From: Acidobacteriota bacterium
GTDB lineage: Bacteria; Acidobacteriota; UBA6911; RPQK01; JAJDTT01
Length of the DNA: 64,000 bases
Reading direction: 5' to 3'
NCBI GenBank assembly: GCA_965263035.1
Contig: OZ253580.1
Coordinates: 1,056,001-1,120,000, forward strand
The notes under the pieces were generated by a model. That model was given only the letters and a program-made list of their open reading frames with translations. It was not told where the DNA came from and made no database searches. Positions 28,995 through 39,246 of this stretch are shown piece by piece. Positions within the stretch are counted from its first letter, which is position 1. Each line of letters starts with the position of its first letter. The position numbers and the translations under genes are program-made.

Positions 28995-29657
28995 TCACTT
29001 GACGTCTGAAACCGAGGAGTAGTCCCAACGGGGACAGGCTTGGCCGTCGGGCAGAATGCATGCGGGGCGGACCGGATCCGATTCCATCCCGAACCGGGCC
29101 AGGAGCCGGGCCAGTTCACATAGAGGAAGGCCGACGATGTTGAAATAGCATCCCGAGAAGGATTCCACCAACTCCGCTCCGGCCGTCTGAATCCCGTAGG
29201 AGCCTGCCTTGTCCAGCGCATCGCCCGAGTTCAGATAGCGGCTCAATACGGACTGCCCGAAGCGGCGCATGCGCACCTGGGAAGTCACCACCGCCGTCTC
29301 TTCCCTTCCCGATGGAGCCTCGATCACGGCCACGGCCGTGATCACGTCGTGGATCCGGCCCCGGAGCGACCAGAGCATCTGCCGGGCATCGGCACGATCG
29401 GACGGTTTGCCCAGAATCCTGCGGTTCAGGCATACCAGAGTGTCGCACCCGATGACGAGGCGCCGGCGCGCGCCGAAGGCGACCTCCCGGGCCTTCATCC
29501 GAGCCAGCTTGGCGGCCAGCATCGACGGTTCGGGCGCTTCCACCAGATCCTCGTCCAGACCACTCTGACGACAGACAAAGGGGAAACCCAGGCGGGGAAC
29601 CAGTTCTCGCCGGCGGGGAGATCCCGAGGCCAGGATCAGTCTCGGCTCATCGGACAT
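28995..29657 (-). CDS. maf: Maf family nucleoside triphosphate pyrophosphatase
   Basis: LILASGSPRRREL, IGCDT, ILGKP, DKAGSYGIQ, NIVGLP. Confidence 0.92.
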   Translation of the reverse strand: MSDEPRLILASGSPRRRELVPRLGFPFVCRQSGLDEDLVEAPEPSMLAAKLARMKAREVAFGARRRLVIGCDTLVCLNRRILGKPSDRADARQMLWSLRGRIHDVITAVAVIEAPSGREETAVVTSQVRMRRFGQSVLSRYLNSGDALDKAGSYGIQTAGAELVESFSGCYFNIVGLPLCELARLLARFGMESDPVRPACILPDGQACPRWDYSSVSDVK

Positions 29658-29777
29658 GACGCACCGCCCGCGAACCCCCTCGGACCATCGGAGGAAGGCA
29701 CTCTATCCGACGGCGTTGTGCCACCAGCGTACCACCGGACCTTCCGTTCGCCCCCGCGTCTCACAGCCGGACGGGAA

Positions 29778-30788
29778 TCAACGGGCGATCTGGCCGGACC
29801 GCAAGGGGCGCTGCAAAGTCCTGGGCTCGTCCGGATAGAGAGCGGCCACGTATTTTTCGTAACCGTTGAACAGGGGGGTCGGGAACTCCTTCTCGGTGTC
29901 GAGCCAGTACGACTCGTTCTGCGGCCACCGGGGATGGGGAATGTAGGGATTGACGTTGGACAGAAAGCCGTACTCGTGCGCCTGGATCTGCCAGAAAGTC
30001 TTGGGCTGCTTCTCGACCAGTTCGATCTTCACGATGGACTTGGGACTCTTGTAGCCATACTTCCAGGGGACGACGAGCCTCACCGGGGCGCCGTGCTGCT
30101 TGAGGAGCGGCTCGCCGTACACTCCGGTCGCCAGCAGCGTCAGCTCGTTCATGGCCTCGTCCATGCGCAGGGCTTCGTGGTAGGGCCACGGATAGAGGCG
30201 GGCTTGCCGGACCCCGGGCATCTGACTGGGCTTCAAGGCGCTCAGAAAGCGGACGAAGCGGGCCGAAGCCTTCGGTTTCACGCGGTCCAGGAGCTTGCTC
30301 AGGGGAAAGCCACTCCAGGGAACGTTCATGGCCCAACGCTCCACGCAACGGAAGTGATAGACCCTCTCCTCATGCTCGAAACCGAACAGATCGTCCAGAT
30401 CCAAGGTCTGAGGCTCGTGGCACTCGCCGCTGACGACGACCTTCCACGGATCCACCTTGAAATCCTCGACGTGCTCCCAGACCGGGCCCCCGCGGCCGGG
30501 AATGAATTCGTAGAAATTATTGTGCACTGCGGCAGTCGCCCGGGGAGTCATGCGGGGGGCCACGTCCGCCGGAAGCGAGTAGGCCTGGTTTCGGTCCGGC
30601 GGAAATACGCCGGGCCGCTTGAAGGGAGCCTCCAACATTGTGTTCGAACTCGCTGCTCTTCCACAGAGCAGATTGCCGGCAGCCATTGCGGCGACGGAGA
30701 GCCCGCCGAGAAACCGGCGCCTGGAGAAGAAGACCTGGGGCACGGTTATGGAGTGGGATGAGATGTCGGCGATGCAATTCTTGTACAT
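29778..30788 (-). CDS. msrP: Protein-methionine-sulfoxide reductase catalytic subunit MsrP
   Basis: SRRRFL Tat signal; NNFYEF; EERVYHFRCVERW; GAPVRLVVPWKYGYKS; NVNP..PHPRW. Confidence 0.92.
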   Translation of the reverse strand: MYKNCIADISSHSITVPQVFFSRRRFLGGLSVAAMAAGNLLCGRAASSNTMLEAPFKRPGVFPPDRNQAYSLPADVAPRMTPRATAAVHNNFYEFIPGRGGPVWEHVEDFKVDPWKVVVSGECHEPQTLDLDDLFGFEHEERVYHFRCVERWAMNVPWSGFPLSKLLDRVKPKASARFVRFLSALKPSQMPGVRQARLYPWPYHEALRMDEAMNELTLLATGVYGEPLLKQHGAPVRLVVPWKYGYKSPKSIVKIELVEKQPKTFWQIQAHEYGFLSNVNPYIPHPRWPQNESYWLDTEKEFPTPLFNGYEKYVAALYPDEPRTLQRPLRSGQIAR

Positions 30789-30830
30789 GGAGCCTCCTCG
30801 ATCACTACTTCAAGATATCAAAGATGAGTC

Positions 30831-30922
30831 GTAGGGAGCGCCCCTTGTGGGCGCCCTCTTCGGTCCAAGGCGGAGCAGGACGCGGCCCGCTGAAGAGTCG
30901 CCGGCTGAAAAGCCGTCGCTAC
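30831..30922. repeat. Pair of inward-facing GTAG-type REP palindromes
   Basis: GTAGGGAGCGCCCCTTGTGGGCGCCCTC on + and GTAGCGACGGCTTTTCAGCCGGCG on -. Confidence 0.6.
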
Positions 30923-30998
30923 GGCGAAGATCCATTGGTTCCGGCCACGCCGGGATGGGGACTTTTCGCATTCGGGTGCTATATTCTGAAACTCGATC

Positions 30999-32459
30999 AT
31001 GCCGGAAAAACGGCCCAACGTGCTGCTCATCTGCGCGGACCGCTGGTCCGGACTCTTCACTCGTCCGGCCGGACATCCGGTGGTGATGACTCCCACGATC
31101 GCCCAGATGGCCCGCAACGGCGTCCACTTCGACCGTGCCTACTCCGCCTGTCCCATCTGTATTCCCGCACGTCGAAGCTTGATGACGGGCCTTTCGCCGC
31201 GAAACCACGGGGACCGGGTCTTCAACGAGTATTTGGAGATGCCGGACCCGGAAGAGGTTCCGACGCTCCCCGGGCTCTTCCGGGAGGCCGGTTATCAAGC
31301 TCATGCCGTCGGCAAGCTCCATGTCTATCCCCAGCGCGACCGCATCGGCTTCGACGAAGTGATCCTCAACGAGGAAGGGCGGCATCACCTCGATAACGGG
31401 TACGCCGACGACTGGGAGCTCTACCTGGCCGATCAGGGCTATCCGGGACAGGAGTACGCCGGCGGCCTCAGCAACAACGACTACCTCACCCGGTCCTGGC
31501 ACTTGCCCGACCATTGTCACCCCACCAACTGGGCGGCGGCGCAGATGTGCCGCACCATCCGGCGCCGCGATCACCGGAAGCCCGGTTTCTGGTACCTCTC
31601 CTTCGTGGGACCGCACCCACCGGTCTGGCCGCCGGCCGCGTATCTCGATCTCTACCGCAATCTGGAACTCGACCCCATGGTCTGCGGCGACTGGTCCCAA
31701 TCGTTCGAAGACCTGCCCTACAGCGTCAAGCCGTACATGGACCAATTCTGCATGCGCATGGCCATTCCAGGCGAGATCGACCGGGCGAGAAGGGCTTTCT
31801 ACGCCACCATCACCCACATCGATCACCAGATCCGGATGGTTCTGGGAACGCTGCGTGAAGAGGGGCTGTCGGAGAACACCATCGTCGCCTTCACGGCGGA
31901 TCACGGCGACATGCTGGGAGACCACCAGATGTGGGCCAAGGGGGTCATGTACGAGAAGTCCGCCCGGGTGCCCCTCATCATCGTGCCGGCGGCGGGTGAC
32001 GTCCGGTTTCGCCCCGGCAGTCGCGACCATCGGCTGGCGGAGCTTCGAGACCTGATGCCGACGCTGCTGGACCTTTGCGGCCTCGAGCCTCCCGGCTCCC
32101 TCGACGGAATCTCTCTGGCCGGCGAAGCGGACCGCGACCATCTCTACGGCGAGTTTCGGGAGGGTCCGGCATCCACCCGCATGATCCGCGACCGGCGCCA
32201 CAAACTCATCTACTACCCGGTCGGCAACGTCTTCCAACTGTTCGATCTGGACCAGGACCCCCTGGAACAACGAAATCTGGCTGGAAATGCCTCCCTGCGG
32301 GAGGTACAGGATCGTCTGGTGCGGCTGCTGGTGGACCACCTCTACGGCTCGGACCTCGAGTGGGTCCGGGAGGGCCGTCTCGTGGGGCTGCCGGACCGGG
32401 AATACGTCCCCACGGCGGACCGGGGCCTGGGCGCCCAGAGAGGCTGGCGGTTTCTTTGA
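30999..32459 (+). CDS. Sulfatase (choline-sulfatase/arylsulfatase-like), no signal peptide
   Basis: PNVLLICADRW; CIPARRSLMTG; VGKLH; PHPP; TADHGDMLGDH. Confidence 0.9.
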   Translation: MPEKRPNVLLICADRWSGLFTRPAGHPVVMTPTIAQMARNGVHFDRAYSACPICIPARRSLMTGLSPRNHGDRVFNEYLEMPDPEEVPTLPGLFREAGYQAHAVGKLHVYPQRDRIGFDEVILNEEGRHHLDNGYADDWELYLADQGYPGQEYAGGLSNNDYLTRSWHLPDHCHPTNWAAAQMCRTIRRRDHRKPGFWYLSFVGPHPPVWPPAAYLDLYRNLELDPMVCGDWSQSFEDLPYSVKPYMDQFCMRMAIPGEIDRARRAFYATITHIDHQIRMVLGTLREEGLSENTIVAFTADHGDMLGDHQMWAKGVMYEKSARVPLIIVPAAGDVRFRPGSRDHRLAELRDLMPTLLDLCGLEPPGSLDGISLAGEADRDHLYGEFREGPASTRMIRDRRHKLIYYPVGNVFQLFDLDQDPLEQRNLAGNASLREVQDRLVRLLVDHLYGSDLEWVREGRLVGLPDREYVPTADRGLGAQRGWRFL

Positions 32460-32478
32460 CGCGGGACCCGGAGATCTC

Positions 32479-33783
32479 ATGAGAGCCGGAATCGGGATTT
32501 GGGGTTCCTCCACATTGATGCTGGCGGCGACTCTGGTCCCGCTCCTGCCGGCTCAAGAACGGGAGCCCAACTACGACGAGAAGCAAGTCCCCGCCTACGT
32601 CCTCCCCGATCTCCTGGTGACGGAGGACGGCCGCCAAGTCAAGACCGCGCGGGACTGGCGAAAGATACGCCGTCCCGAGATCCTGGAGCTCTTCCGCTCC
32701 CAGATGTACGGGCGGCGTCCCGGACAGCTCCTGGAGCTGAGGTCCCGGGTCACCTCCGTGGACTCCCGTGCACTCGGCGGCACAGCCGTCCGCAAAGAGG
32801 TCTCGCTCTACTTCAGCCCGGAACGCGACCTCCCCCGGATGGATCTCCTGATCTACCTGCCGGTGTCCGGTTCCGGTCCGGTCCCGGCGTTTCTGGGTCT
32901 CAACTTCAACGGCAACCACTCCATCCATCCCGACCCGGGCATTTCCCTGACCAAAAACTGGATGCGGCCTTCCAAGGTAGAGGGTGCGGTGGTGGAGAAC
33001 CGAGCCACGGAGAAGGGCCGCGGAACGTTCTCCCGGCGCTGGCCGGTGGAAAAGATCATCGGCCGCGGCTACGCCCTGGTAACGGCCTACTACGGGGACA
33101 TCGATCCCGACTACCACGACAATTTCCGGAACGGGGTCCATCCCCTCTTCTACCGGCCGGGACAAACGCGGCCTGACGCCGACGAGTGGGGCTCCATCGC
33201 CACCTGGGCCTGGGGATTGAGCCGGGCCCTGGACTACCTGGAAACCGACCCGGGAATCGACGCGCACAAGGTGGCGGTGCTGGGCCACTCCCGTCTGGGA
33301 AAGACCGCCCTCTGGGCCGGCGCCGAGGACGAGCGCTTCGCCCTGGTCATCTCCAACAATTCCGGTTGCGGTGGAGCGGCCCTGAGCCGGCGCCGCTTCG
33401 GGGAGACTGTCGCGAGGATCAATCGGGTCTTTCCCCACTGGTTCTGCGGAAACTTCAAGCAATACGGCGGCAAGGAAGAAAGACTCCCCATGGACCAGCA
33501 TCTGCTGGTAGCTCTGGTGGGCCCCCGTCCGGTCTACGTGGCCAGCGCGGCGGAGGACCGATGGGCGGATCCGAAAGGCGAGTACCTGTCGGCTCGCCAC
33601 GCCAGCCCCGTCTACGCGCTCCTGGGACTGCCCGGACTCCCCGGGGACTCCATGCCCGGCGTGAACCAGCCCCTCATGGGTACCATCGGCTACCACATCC
33701 GGAGCGGCCGGCACGACGTGACCGATTACGACTGGGACCGGTATCTGGACTTTGCGGATCGGCACCTGCGCAAAGGACGTTAG
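32479..33783 (+). CDS. Glucuronoyl esterase-like protein (CE15)
   Basis: Signal peptide; NYDE.QVP.Y.LPD, WAWGLSRALDYLE, GHSRLGK, SGCGGAAL, WADPKGE. Confidence 0.85.
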   Translation: MRAGIGIWGSSTLMLAATLVPLLPAQEREPNYDEKQVPAYVLPDLLVTEDGRQVKTARDWRKIRRPEILELFRSQMYGRRPGQLLELRSRVTSVDSRALGGTAVRKEVSLYFSPERDLPRMDLLIYLPVSGSGPVPAFLGLNFNGNHSIHPDPGISLTKNWMRPSKVEGAVVENRATEKGRGTFSRRWPVEKIIGRGYALVTAYYGDIDPDYHDNFRNGVHPLFYRPGQTRPDADEWGSIATWAWGLSRALDYLETDPGIDAHKVAVLGHSRLGKTALWAGAEDERFALVISNNSGCGGAALSRRRFGETVARINRVFPHWFCGNFKQYGGKEERLPMDQHLLVALVGPRPVYVASAAEDRWADPKGEYLSARHASPVYALLGLPGLPGDSMPGVNQPLMGTIGYHIRSGRHDVTDYDWDRYLDFADRHLRKGR

Positions 33784-34505
33784 ACGGAAATGGCCGGAAT
33801 TCTGACGAGCCGGTCCTCTTCCTGGCACCAGGCCGTCAACTCTCCCCCGTACACGCATCCCGAATCGAGGCCCATGGTGAGGCGGTTGCGGTAGAACCCC
33901 CGCGCTGCCCAGTGCCCGTGAACCACCAGGACGTTTCCCCGGTAGAAGCTGTCCCACGGCTGGTAAGGCGGCGTGCAGCCGGCGGGGGGGCCGCTGTACT
34001 TCAGAGGAAGACCCTCGGTGGTACAGCAACGGACCGACGTGGCGAATCGCACGCCGTCACTCTGGAGCCAAGCGTCATCGTGAGGTTCCGCGTTGAGCCT
34101 CCGGGCCAGAGCTGGCAGGTCGTTCCAAGCGGGCTTCAAGCCGGCGTGAACAATCCAGGCCTCGGGGCCGTCTCCCAGGGGCGGGAGATGCACCACCACC
34201 GGGCACGCTCTCAGCCGGGCCATGAAATCGCCTACGTCAGGTGCGGCAAAGAGTGTCCGGAGGGATCTGGGTGGCTCGGGCCTGATTCCCGAGAAGGCGA
34301 GAAGGGCGTGAATCTCGTGGTTCCCCAGAAGCGAGCGCCCGCCAATGTCCAACCAGATTCTCAGCGTCGCCAGCGAGTCGGGTCCCCGGTTGATCAGATC
34401 ACCAAGGCACCACAACTGGTCCCGGTTCGGATCGAAGCGGATGACCGAGAGGAGTTTCTCGAACTCCCGGGCACAACCTTGTATATCGCCTACGACCCAG
34501 CGCAC
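33780..34505 (-). CDS. apaH: Symmetrical bis(5'-nucleosyl)-tetraphosphatase ApaH
   Basis: VGDIQGC, GDLINRGPDS, LGNHE, VHAG, HGHWAA, LDSGCVYGG. Confidence 0.85.
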   Translation of the reverse strand: MRWVVGDIQGCAREFEKLLSVIRFDPNRDQLWCLGDLINRGPDSLATLRIWLDIGGRSLLGNHEIHALLAFSGIRPEPPRSLRTLFAAPDVGDFMARLRACPVVVHLPPLGDGPEAWIVHAGLKPAWNDLPALARRLNAEPHDDAWLQSDGVRFATSVRCCTTEGLPLKYSGPPAGCTPPYQPWDSFYRGNVLVVHGHWAARGFYRNRLTMGLDSGCVYGGELTAWCQEEDRLVRIPAISV

Positions 34506-34850
34506 GACACTTCCCGAACTCGGTTCCGAGTCGACCGTCCCACGACGGAATCAGACTGCATTTTGGACACGCCGCCTCCCGGAGCGGATGTTCAATCAAG
34601 AAAGAATCGGCCGTTTCGCATCATGGATGTACCCGGCCGCGGATCACAGGCCTCGCAGATCACGGCGAATATCGATGATATCGAGCAGAAACGTGGAAGC
34701 AGCCCTTCCGTCGCCGGTCCCATTCGTGGGAGCTGGCCTGAGTCATTTCCTCATCAACCCCGAACTCATGAGGATCTCCAGTGCGAAGTCTAATCGAAGG
34801 AGATGATTGGAGGATCATGCGGGCCAGTGCTTCAGAATCCAGTCGGAGAC

Positions 34851-37800
34851 TCATTGACCGCACCATTCCCGGGCGTTCTGGAAGAGTCGGAGCCAAGGGG
34901 AAACTTCCAGACGATCCTTCCAATCCTGGGGCATCCAGCCCCATTGCCATTTCAGGAAGGTTCGCTCCGGATGGGGCATCATGGCGAGATGGCGGCCGTC
35001 GGGGGAGCAGAGCGCGGCGATTCCGTCCGCCGACCCGTTGGGGTTGAGCGGGTAGTCGTCGGTAACCTGACCCGCGTCGTCCACAAAGCGGATGGGCGCC
35101 AAGCCCTGATCCCGGATCCGAGCCAGCGTGGACTGCTGCGGAAAGAATGCTCGCCCCTCCCCATGGTTCACCCAGATTCCCAGGACGGATCCGGTCATCC
35201 CCTTCAACATCAGCGCCGGACTCTCCTGGATACGAACCGTGGAGAAACGGGACTCGAATCGTCCTGATCGGTTGCGTACGAATCGCGGTTGGTCCGCGGT
35301 CCCGATTCCCCTCCAAGGGATCCAGCCCAGGAGGGCCATGAGCTGACAACCGTTGCACACTCCCAGGCTGAAACTGTCGGGCCGACGGTAGAAGCGCTCG
35401 AACTGTTCCCAGAGCTCCGGATTGAACCGGATGACGCCGGCCCAACCCTTCGCCGAGTCCAAGACGTCCGCGTAGCTGAAGCCGCCCACGAACGCGACTC
35501 CGCGGAATGAGGAGAGTTGGACGGAGCCGGAGAGCAGGTCGGACATGGTCACGTCCCAGGATTCGAAACCGGCTTGGTGAAATGCCGACGCCATCTCCCG
35601 GTCTCCGTTGCTTCCCTCTTCTCGCAAGATGGCCACCCGGGGACGCCCCTCGCCCGCGAGCCGGTCCGGCGCCGTGGCCCGGGGAGTGAACGAGAGTGAG
35701 TAGGCCGGAGCCCGCCGCCGTTTCAGAGAACGGCGCTCCTGACGGGCGCATTCCGGATTGACTTGAAGCAGTTCGATCCGGTAGCTGGTCTCCTCCCAGA
35801 GATCCCTCAGTTCCCGGACGTCGCCTTCCAGGACGACGGCGCCATCCACCCGAATCTCGACCCGGAGTTCCCGCAACGCGCGGCCGATCACCCGGCAGGG
35901 GATGTCCGCATCCTTCAGGATTCGGCGGACCCGGGCCTCCCCCTCGGGACTCACCTCCAGGATCAGTCCCAACTCCTCGGAGAACAGAAGGGGAAGAACT
36001 TCCTTCCCCTCGGCATTCTCCAGATTCACCTCGACGCCGCAGTCCCCCGCAAAGGCCATCTCCAGAATCGTCGTGAGCAGTCCTCCTTCGCTCCGGTCGT
36101 GGCCGCTGGCCAAGAGCCGCTCTCCAATCAGGGTCTGGACCGCCTCGAAGGACCGGCCCAGGATCCCGGCATCCTCCAGATCCGGGGGCTCGTCACCCAA
36201 CTGTCCGTACACCTGAGCCAGGGCCGATCCCCCGAGACGGTTCCGGCCCGAGGACAGGTCCAGGAACAGTAGACGGCCTCGCCCCGGCAGCTTCAGGTCA
36301 GGTGTGACCGTTTGCGTGATGTCGGAACAGGTGACGTAGGCCGACAGGACCAGTGCCCCGGGCGCCTTTACCGTCTCCTCCCGGCCCGAGTCACCCAGAG
36401 GCGCCAAGGCCGCCATGGAAAGGCTGTCCTTGCCTCCGTCCACGGCGATTCCCAACTCCAGGAGGGTGTCCCGCAAGGCCATCGCGGCGGCGTAGACGCG
36501 GGCTCCCTCCCCCGGGAGCTTGGCCGGCCACATCCAATTGCCTGAGCACTTCACGTCCTGGAGATGACTCACCGGAGCCCAGACCAGGTTGGTCAGGGAC
36601 TCGGCCAAGGACATCCGGGCCATGGCCCCCGGATCCAGCAACCCCAGAATGGGCCGCTCTCCGATGGCCGTGGCGGCGCCGGTGGACCCGAAGTGGCTCT
36701 GGGCGATGACCGAAACGTCTGAAAGGGTCAGCTGGAGAGGACCGACGCACTGTTGCTGGGCGACCAGACCGGTCACGCTGCGGTCCACCTTGTTGGTCAG
36801 GAATCGCTTGGACCCCACCGAAACCAGTCGAAAAACCCGCTCCAGCGATTCCCGGACCGACGCCGAGGCAGGAAGCCGGAGCGGCCTCAGTTGCAGCGGC
36901 AACCGCTCGAGCTGGAAGACCTTTCGCGGCATGGATCCCAACACCTGGTCCAGTTCCAGGTCCACCGGAGTCGACCCGTCCCGCTCGTCGAAAAGGACGA
37001 TGCGCCCGTCACCCGTGACCCGTCCGACGAAGGCGGCCGGCACCTTTTCCCGCCGGCAGAGGTCGAGAAACAGCCGGGAGTCGTCCGGTCTCAGCAACAG
37101 AGCGTCCTGCTCCTGGTATTCGGCCACCCAGATCTCCAGAACCGACAGGGTCTCGTCTCCGACGGGGATCTTTCGAAGTTCGATCCTGGCCCCGGCCGGC
37201 TCGGCGATCTCCTTGAGCACGTTGCAGTTTCCGCCGGCGCCCTGGTCGTGGATGCTGACGATGGGGTTCCCTTCCCCCATTTCCACGCAGGCGCGGATCA
37301 CCCGGTTGACCTTCTGCTCCATCTCGGCATCGCCCCGCTGGACGGCGTTGAAGTCCAGCTCGGCCACGTTCTCACCCTGCACCATGCTGGAGGCGGCCCC
37401 CCCGCCCAGACCGATGCGATAGGCGGGACCTCCGATCTTGACCACCCACATCCCCGCTTCGGGCACTTCCTTGCGCAGGTGGCGGGCGTCGATCTGGCCC
37501 AGCCCCCCGGTGAACATGATGGGCTTGATCCACTCGCGCCGCTCGCCGCCCGGCAACCGCAAGCCGAACGAGCGGGTAAATCCCTGGATCAGCGGTTCTC
37601 CGAACTTGTTGCCGTAGTCGGAGGCGCCGTCGCTGGCCTCGATCTCGATCTGGAGGGGAGAGGCCAGGTTGTCCGGATACCTGAAATCGCTGTCCTCCCA
37701 GGGCAGCTCGTACCCGGGAATACGCAGGTTGCCCACGCAGTAGGCGGCCGTCCCGGCCACCACCAGAGATCCCTTCCCAGTGGCATGGACGTCCCGGATA

Positions 37801-38771
37801 CGCCCGCCGGTCCCCGTCTCCGCTCCCGGAAACGGGGCCACCCCCGACGGAAAATTGTGGGTTTCGGCGGTGAAAATGATGTCGTGGTCCACCTGAGAGA
37901 CCGCCATGGGCCCCGGACTTCCCGGCTCCGAAGGAAGCAGGGTCTCGATCCGGTAGCCGCGAATCGCGCTGGAGTTGTCCCGAAAGGCGAGGACGCTGTT
38001 ACGGGAATTGGCCCGCATCGGCTCCTGGATCAGTTCCATCAATGAGGCCGCCTGCTCCTGTCCGTCTATCACCATCCGGCCCTTGAAGAACCAGTGACGC
38101 GAGTGCTCGCTGTTGGACTGGGCGATGTCGAAGCACTCCACGTCGGTGGGGTTGCGGCCCAGCCGGCCCGCAAAAAGATCCGTGTAGTAGTCCAGATCCC
38201 AGTCGTCGAAGGCGAGACCGGCCTCCCGGTTCAGCCGCTCCAGCGCGCCTCTGCCCTCTTGGAGAACGGGGACCTGGAAGCTGGCCTCGGGGCGGACCGC
38301 GCCGTCGAATGACGTGAGGGGTGCGGAATAGGGGAACTCGGTCATCCGATCGTGGACCAACTCCAGGAATCGTCGCCGTTGACGATCCGAGAGCCGGCCA
38401 GTTCGCCGAAGAAGGTACCGCCGGGATCGTTCGATCCGAGTGATCTCCTCCAAACCGCAGGAATGGCAGACGGCAACGGCGTTGGTGCACCAGGCCGTCT
38501 TGAAGCTCAACCGGGGTCCCACTTCGAGACAGATTCCGTCCGCAGAGAGAAAGGACCGATCACCAAATCCTTCCGGCTCGAAGGTCTCGCCCAGGAGCCA
38601 GGACAAGATCGTTTTTCCTTCTTCGGTCAGCCGGCCGGCGGCTTCCACGTAGAAGCAATACTCGGTTTCGATCTCCCCGATCTCCAAGCCGAGCGCCGCG
38701 CGGACCTGCCGGATCAGCTCCCGCTCCTTCGCGTCGGAGAGCGCCGGTTTCCGGTAGAACTGATTCAGCAC
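34851..38771 (-). CDS. purL: Phosphoribosylformylglycinamidine synthase, large fused form
   Basis: 1306 aa; AETHNFP, DFNAVQRGD, DGGKDSLSM; glutaminase domain GGFSYAD, LGVCNGCQ, MMPHPER. Confidence 0.97.
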   Translation of the reverse strand: MLNQFYRKPALSDAKERELIRQVRAALGLEIGEIETEYCFYVEAAGRLTEEGKTILSWLLGETFEPEGFGDRSFLSADGICLEVGPRLSFKTAWCTNAVAVCHSCGLEEITRIERSRRYLLRRTGRLSDRQRRRFLELVHDRMTEFPYSAPLTSFDGAVRPEASFQVPVLQEGRGALERLNREAGLAFDDWDLDYYTDLFAGRLGRNPTDVECFDIAQSNSEHSRHWFFKGRMVIDGQEQAASLMELIQEPMRANSRNSVLAFRDNSSAIRGYRIETLLPSEPGSPGPMAVSQVDHDIIFTAETHNFPSGVAPFPGAETGTGGRIRDVHATGKGSLVVAGTAAYCVGNLRIPGYELPWEDSDFRYPDNLASPLQIEIEASDGASDYGNKFGEPLIQGFTRSFGLRLPGGERREWIKPIMFTGGLGQIDARHLRKEVPEAGMWVVKIGGPAYRIGLGGGAASSMVQGENVAELDFNAVQRGDAEMEQKVNRVIRACVEMGEGNPIVSIHDQGAGGNCNVLKEIAEPAGARIELRKIPVGDETLSVLEIWVAEYQEQDALLLRPDDSRLFLDLCRREKVPAAFVGRVTGDGRIVLFDERDGSTPVDLELDQVLGSMPRKVFQLERLPLQLRPLRLPASASVRESLERVFRLVSVGSKRFLTNKVDRSVTGLVAQQQCVGPLQLTLSDVSVIAQSHFGSTGAATAIGERPILGLLDPGAMARMSLAESLTNLVWAPVSHLQDVKCSGNWMWPAKLPGEGARVYAAAMALRDTLLELGIAVDGGKDSLSMAALAPLGDSGREETVKAPGALVLSAYVTCSDITQTVTPDLKLPGRGRLLFLDLSSGRNRLGGSALAQVYGQLGDEPPDLEDAGILGRSFEAVQTLIGERLLASGHDRSEGGLLTTILEMAFAGDCGVEVNLENAEGKEVLPLLFSEELGLILEVSPEGEARVRRILKDADIPCRVIGRALRELRVEIRVDGAVVLEGDVRELRDLWEETSYRIELLQVNPECARQERRSLKRRRAPAYSLSFTPRATAPDRLAGEGRPRVAILREEGSNGDREMASAFHQAGFESWDVTMSDLLSGSVQLSSFRGVAFVGGFSYADVLDSAKGWAGVIRFNPELWEQFERFYRRPDSFSLGVCNGCQLMALLGWIPWRGIGTADQPRFVRNRSGRFESRFSTVRIQESPALMLKGMTGSVLGIWVNHGEGRAFFPQQSTLARIRDQGLAPIRFVDDAGQVTDDYPLNPNGSADGIAALCSPDGRHLAMMPHPERTFLKWQWGWMPQDWKDRLEVSPWLRLFQNAREWCGQ

Positions 38772-38901
38772 GAATCCTCCCTCCAGCCTCTATTGTAGCC
38801 GTCCCCTCCCGACAAGATGAGAAGTGAGTAGAGCTGGAAGAGATGCGCGAAGGTGGCCTTGGGATCGGTTCCTTCGTAGTAGACTGGACGGGAGGGAATC
38901 C

Positions 38902-39246
38902 ATGACGGAAAGGGACAGCCTGGTCATCGTCTTCGCAGGGAGCGTCTTCGATGCGACACTGGCCAAGAATCTGTTGGAGAGTGTGCAGATCGAGGCGTTC
39001 CTGTTGGACGAGCAGATGGGCCGGCTGATCCCTGCCTACATTTCCGCGTTCGGGGCGGGGGCGGTCAAGGTCGCCGTGAGACCGTCCGATGCGGAGGAGT
39101 CAAGGGAAGTGCTGTCTGCCGCCGCGGAGTCGCCGCCGGTGGTAGACGGAACCTGGGAATGTCCCAACTGTGGTGAAGTCCTGGAAGCTCAGTTCGGGGC
39201 CTGCTGGAGTTGCCAGACAGCCCGGCCCGACAAGGAACAGTCATGA
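38902..39246 (+). CDS. DUF2007-like protein with C-terminal zinc ribbon
   Basis: A.LAKNLLES.QIEAFL.DE N-domain; WECPNCGE...FGACWSC. Confidence 0.75.
   Translation: MTERDSLVIVFAGSVFDATLAKNLLESVQIEAFLLDEQMGRLIPAYISAFGAGAVKVAVRPSDAEESREVLSAAAESPPVVDGTWECPNCGEVLEAQFGACWSCQTARPDKEQS

Noticed and set aside
34506-34850. Possible small gene between purL and apaH
   Set aside because: The frames contain stops and show no recognisable motif or RBS.
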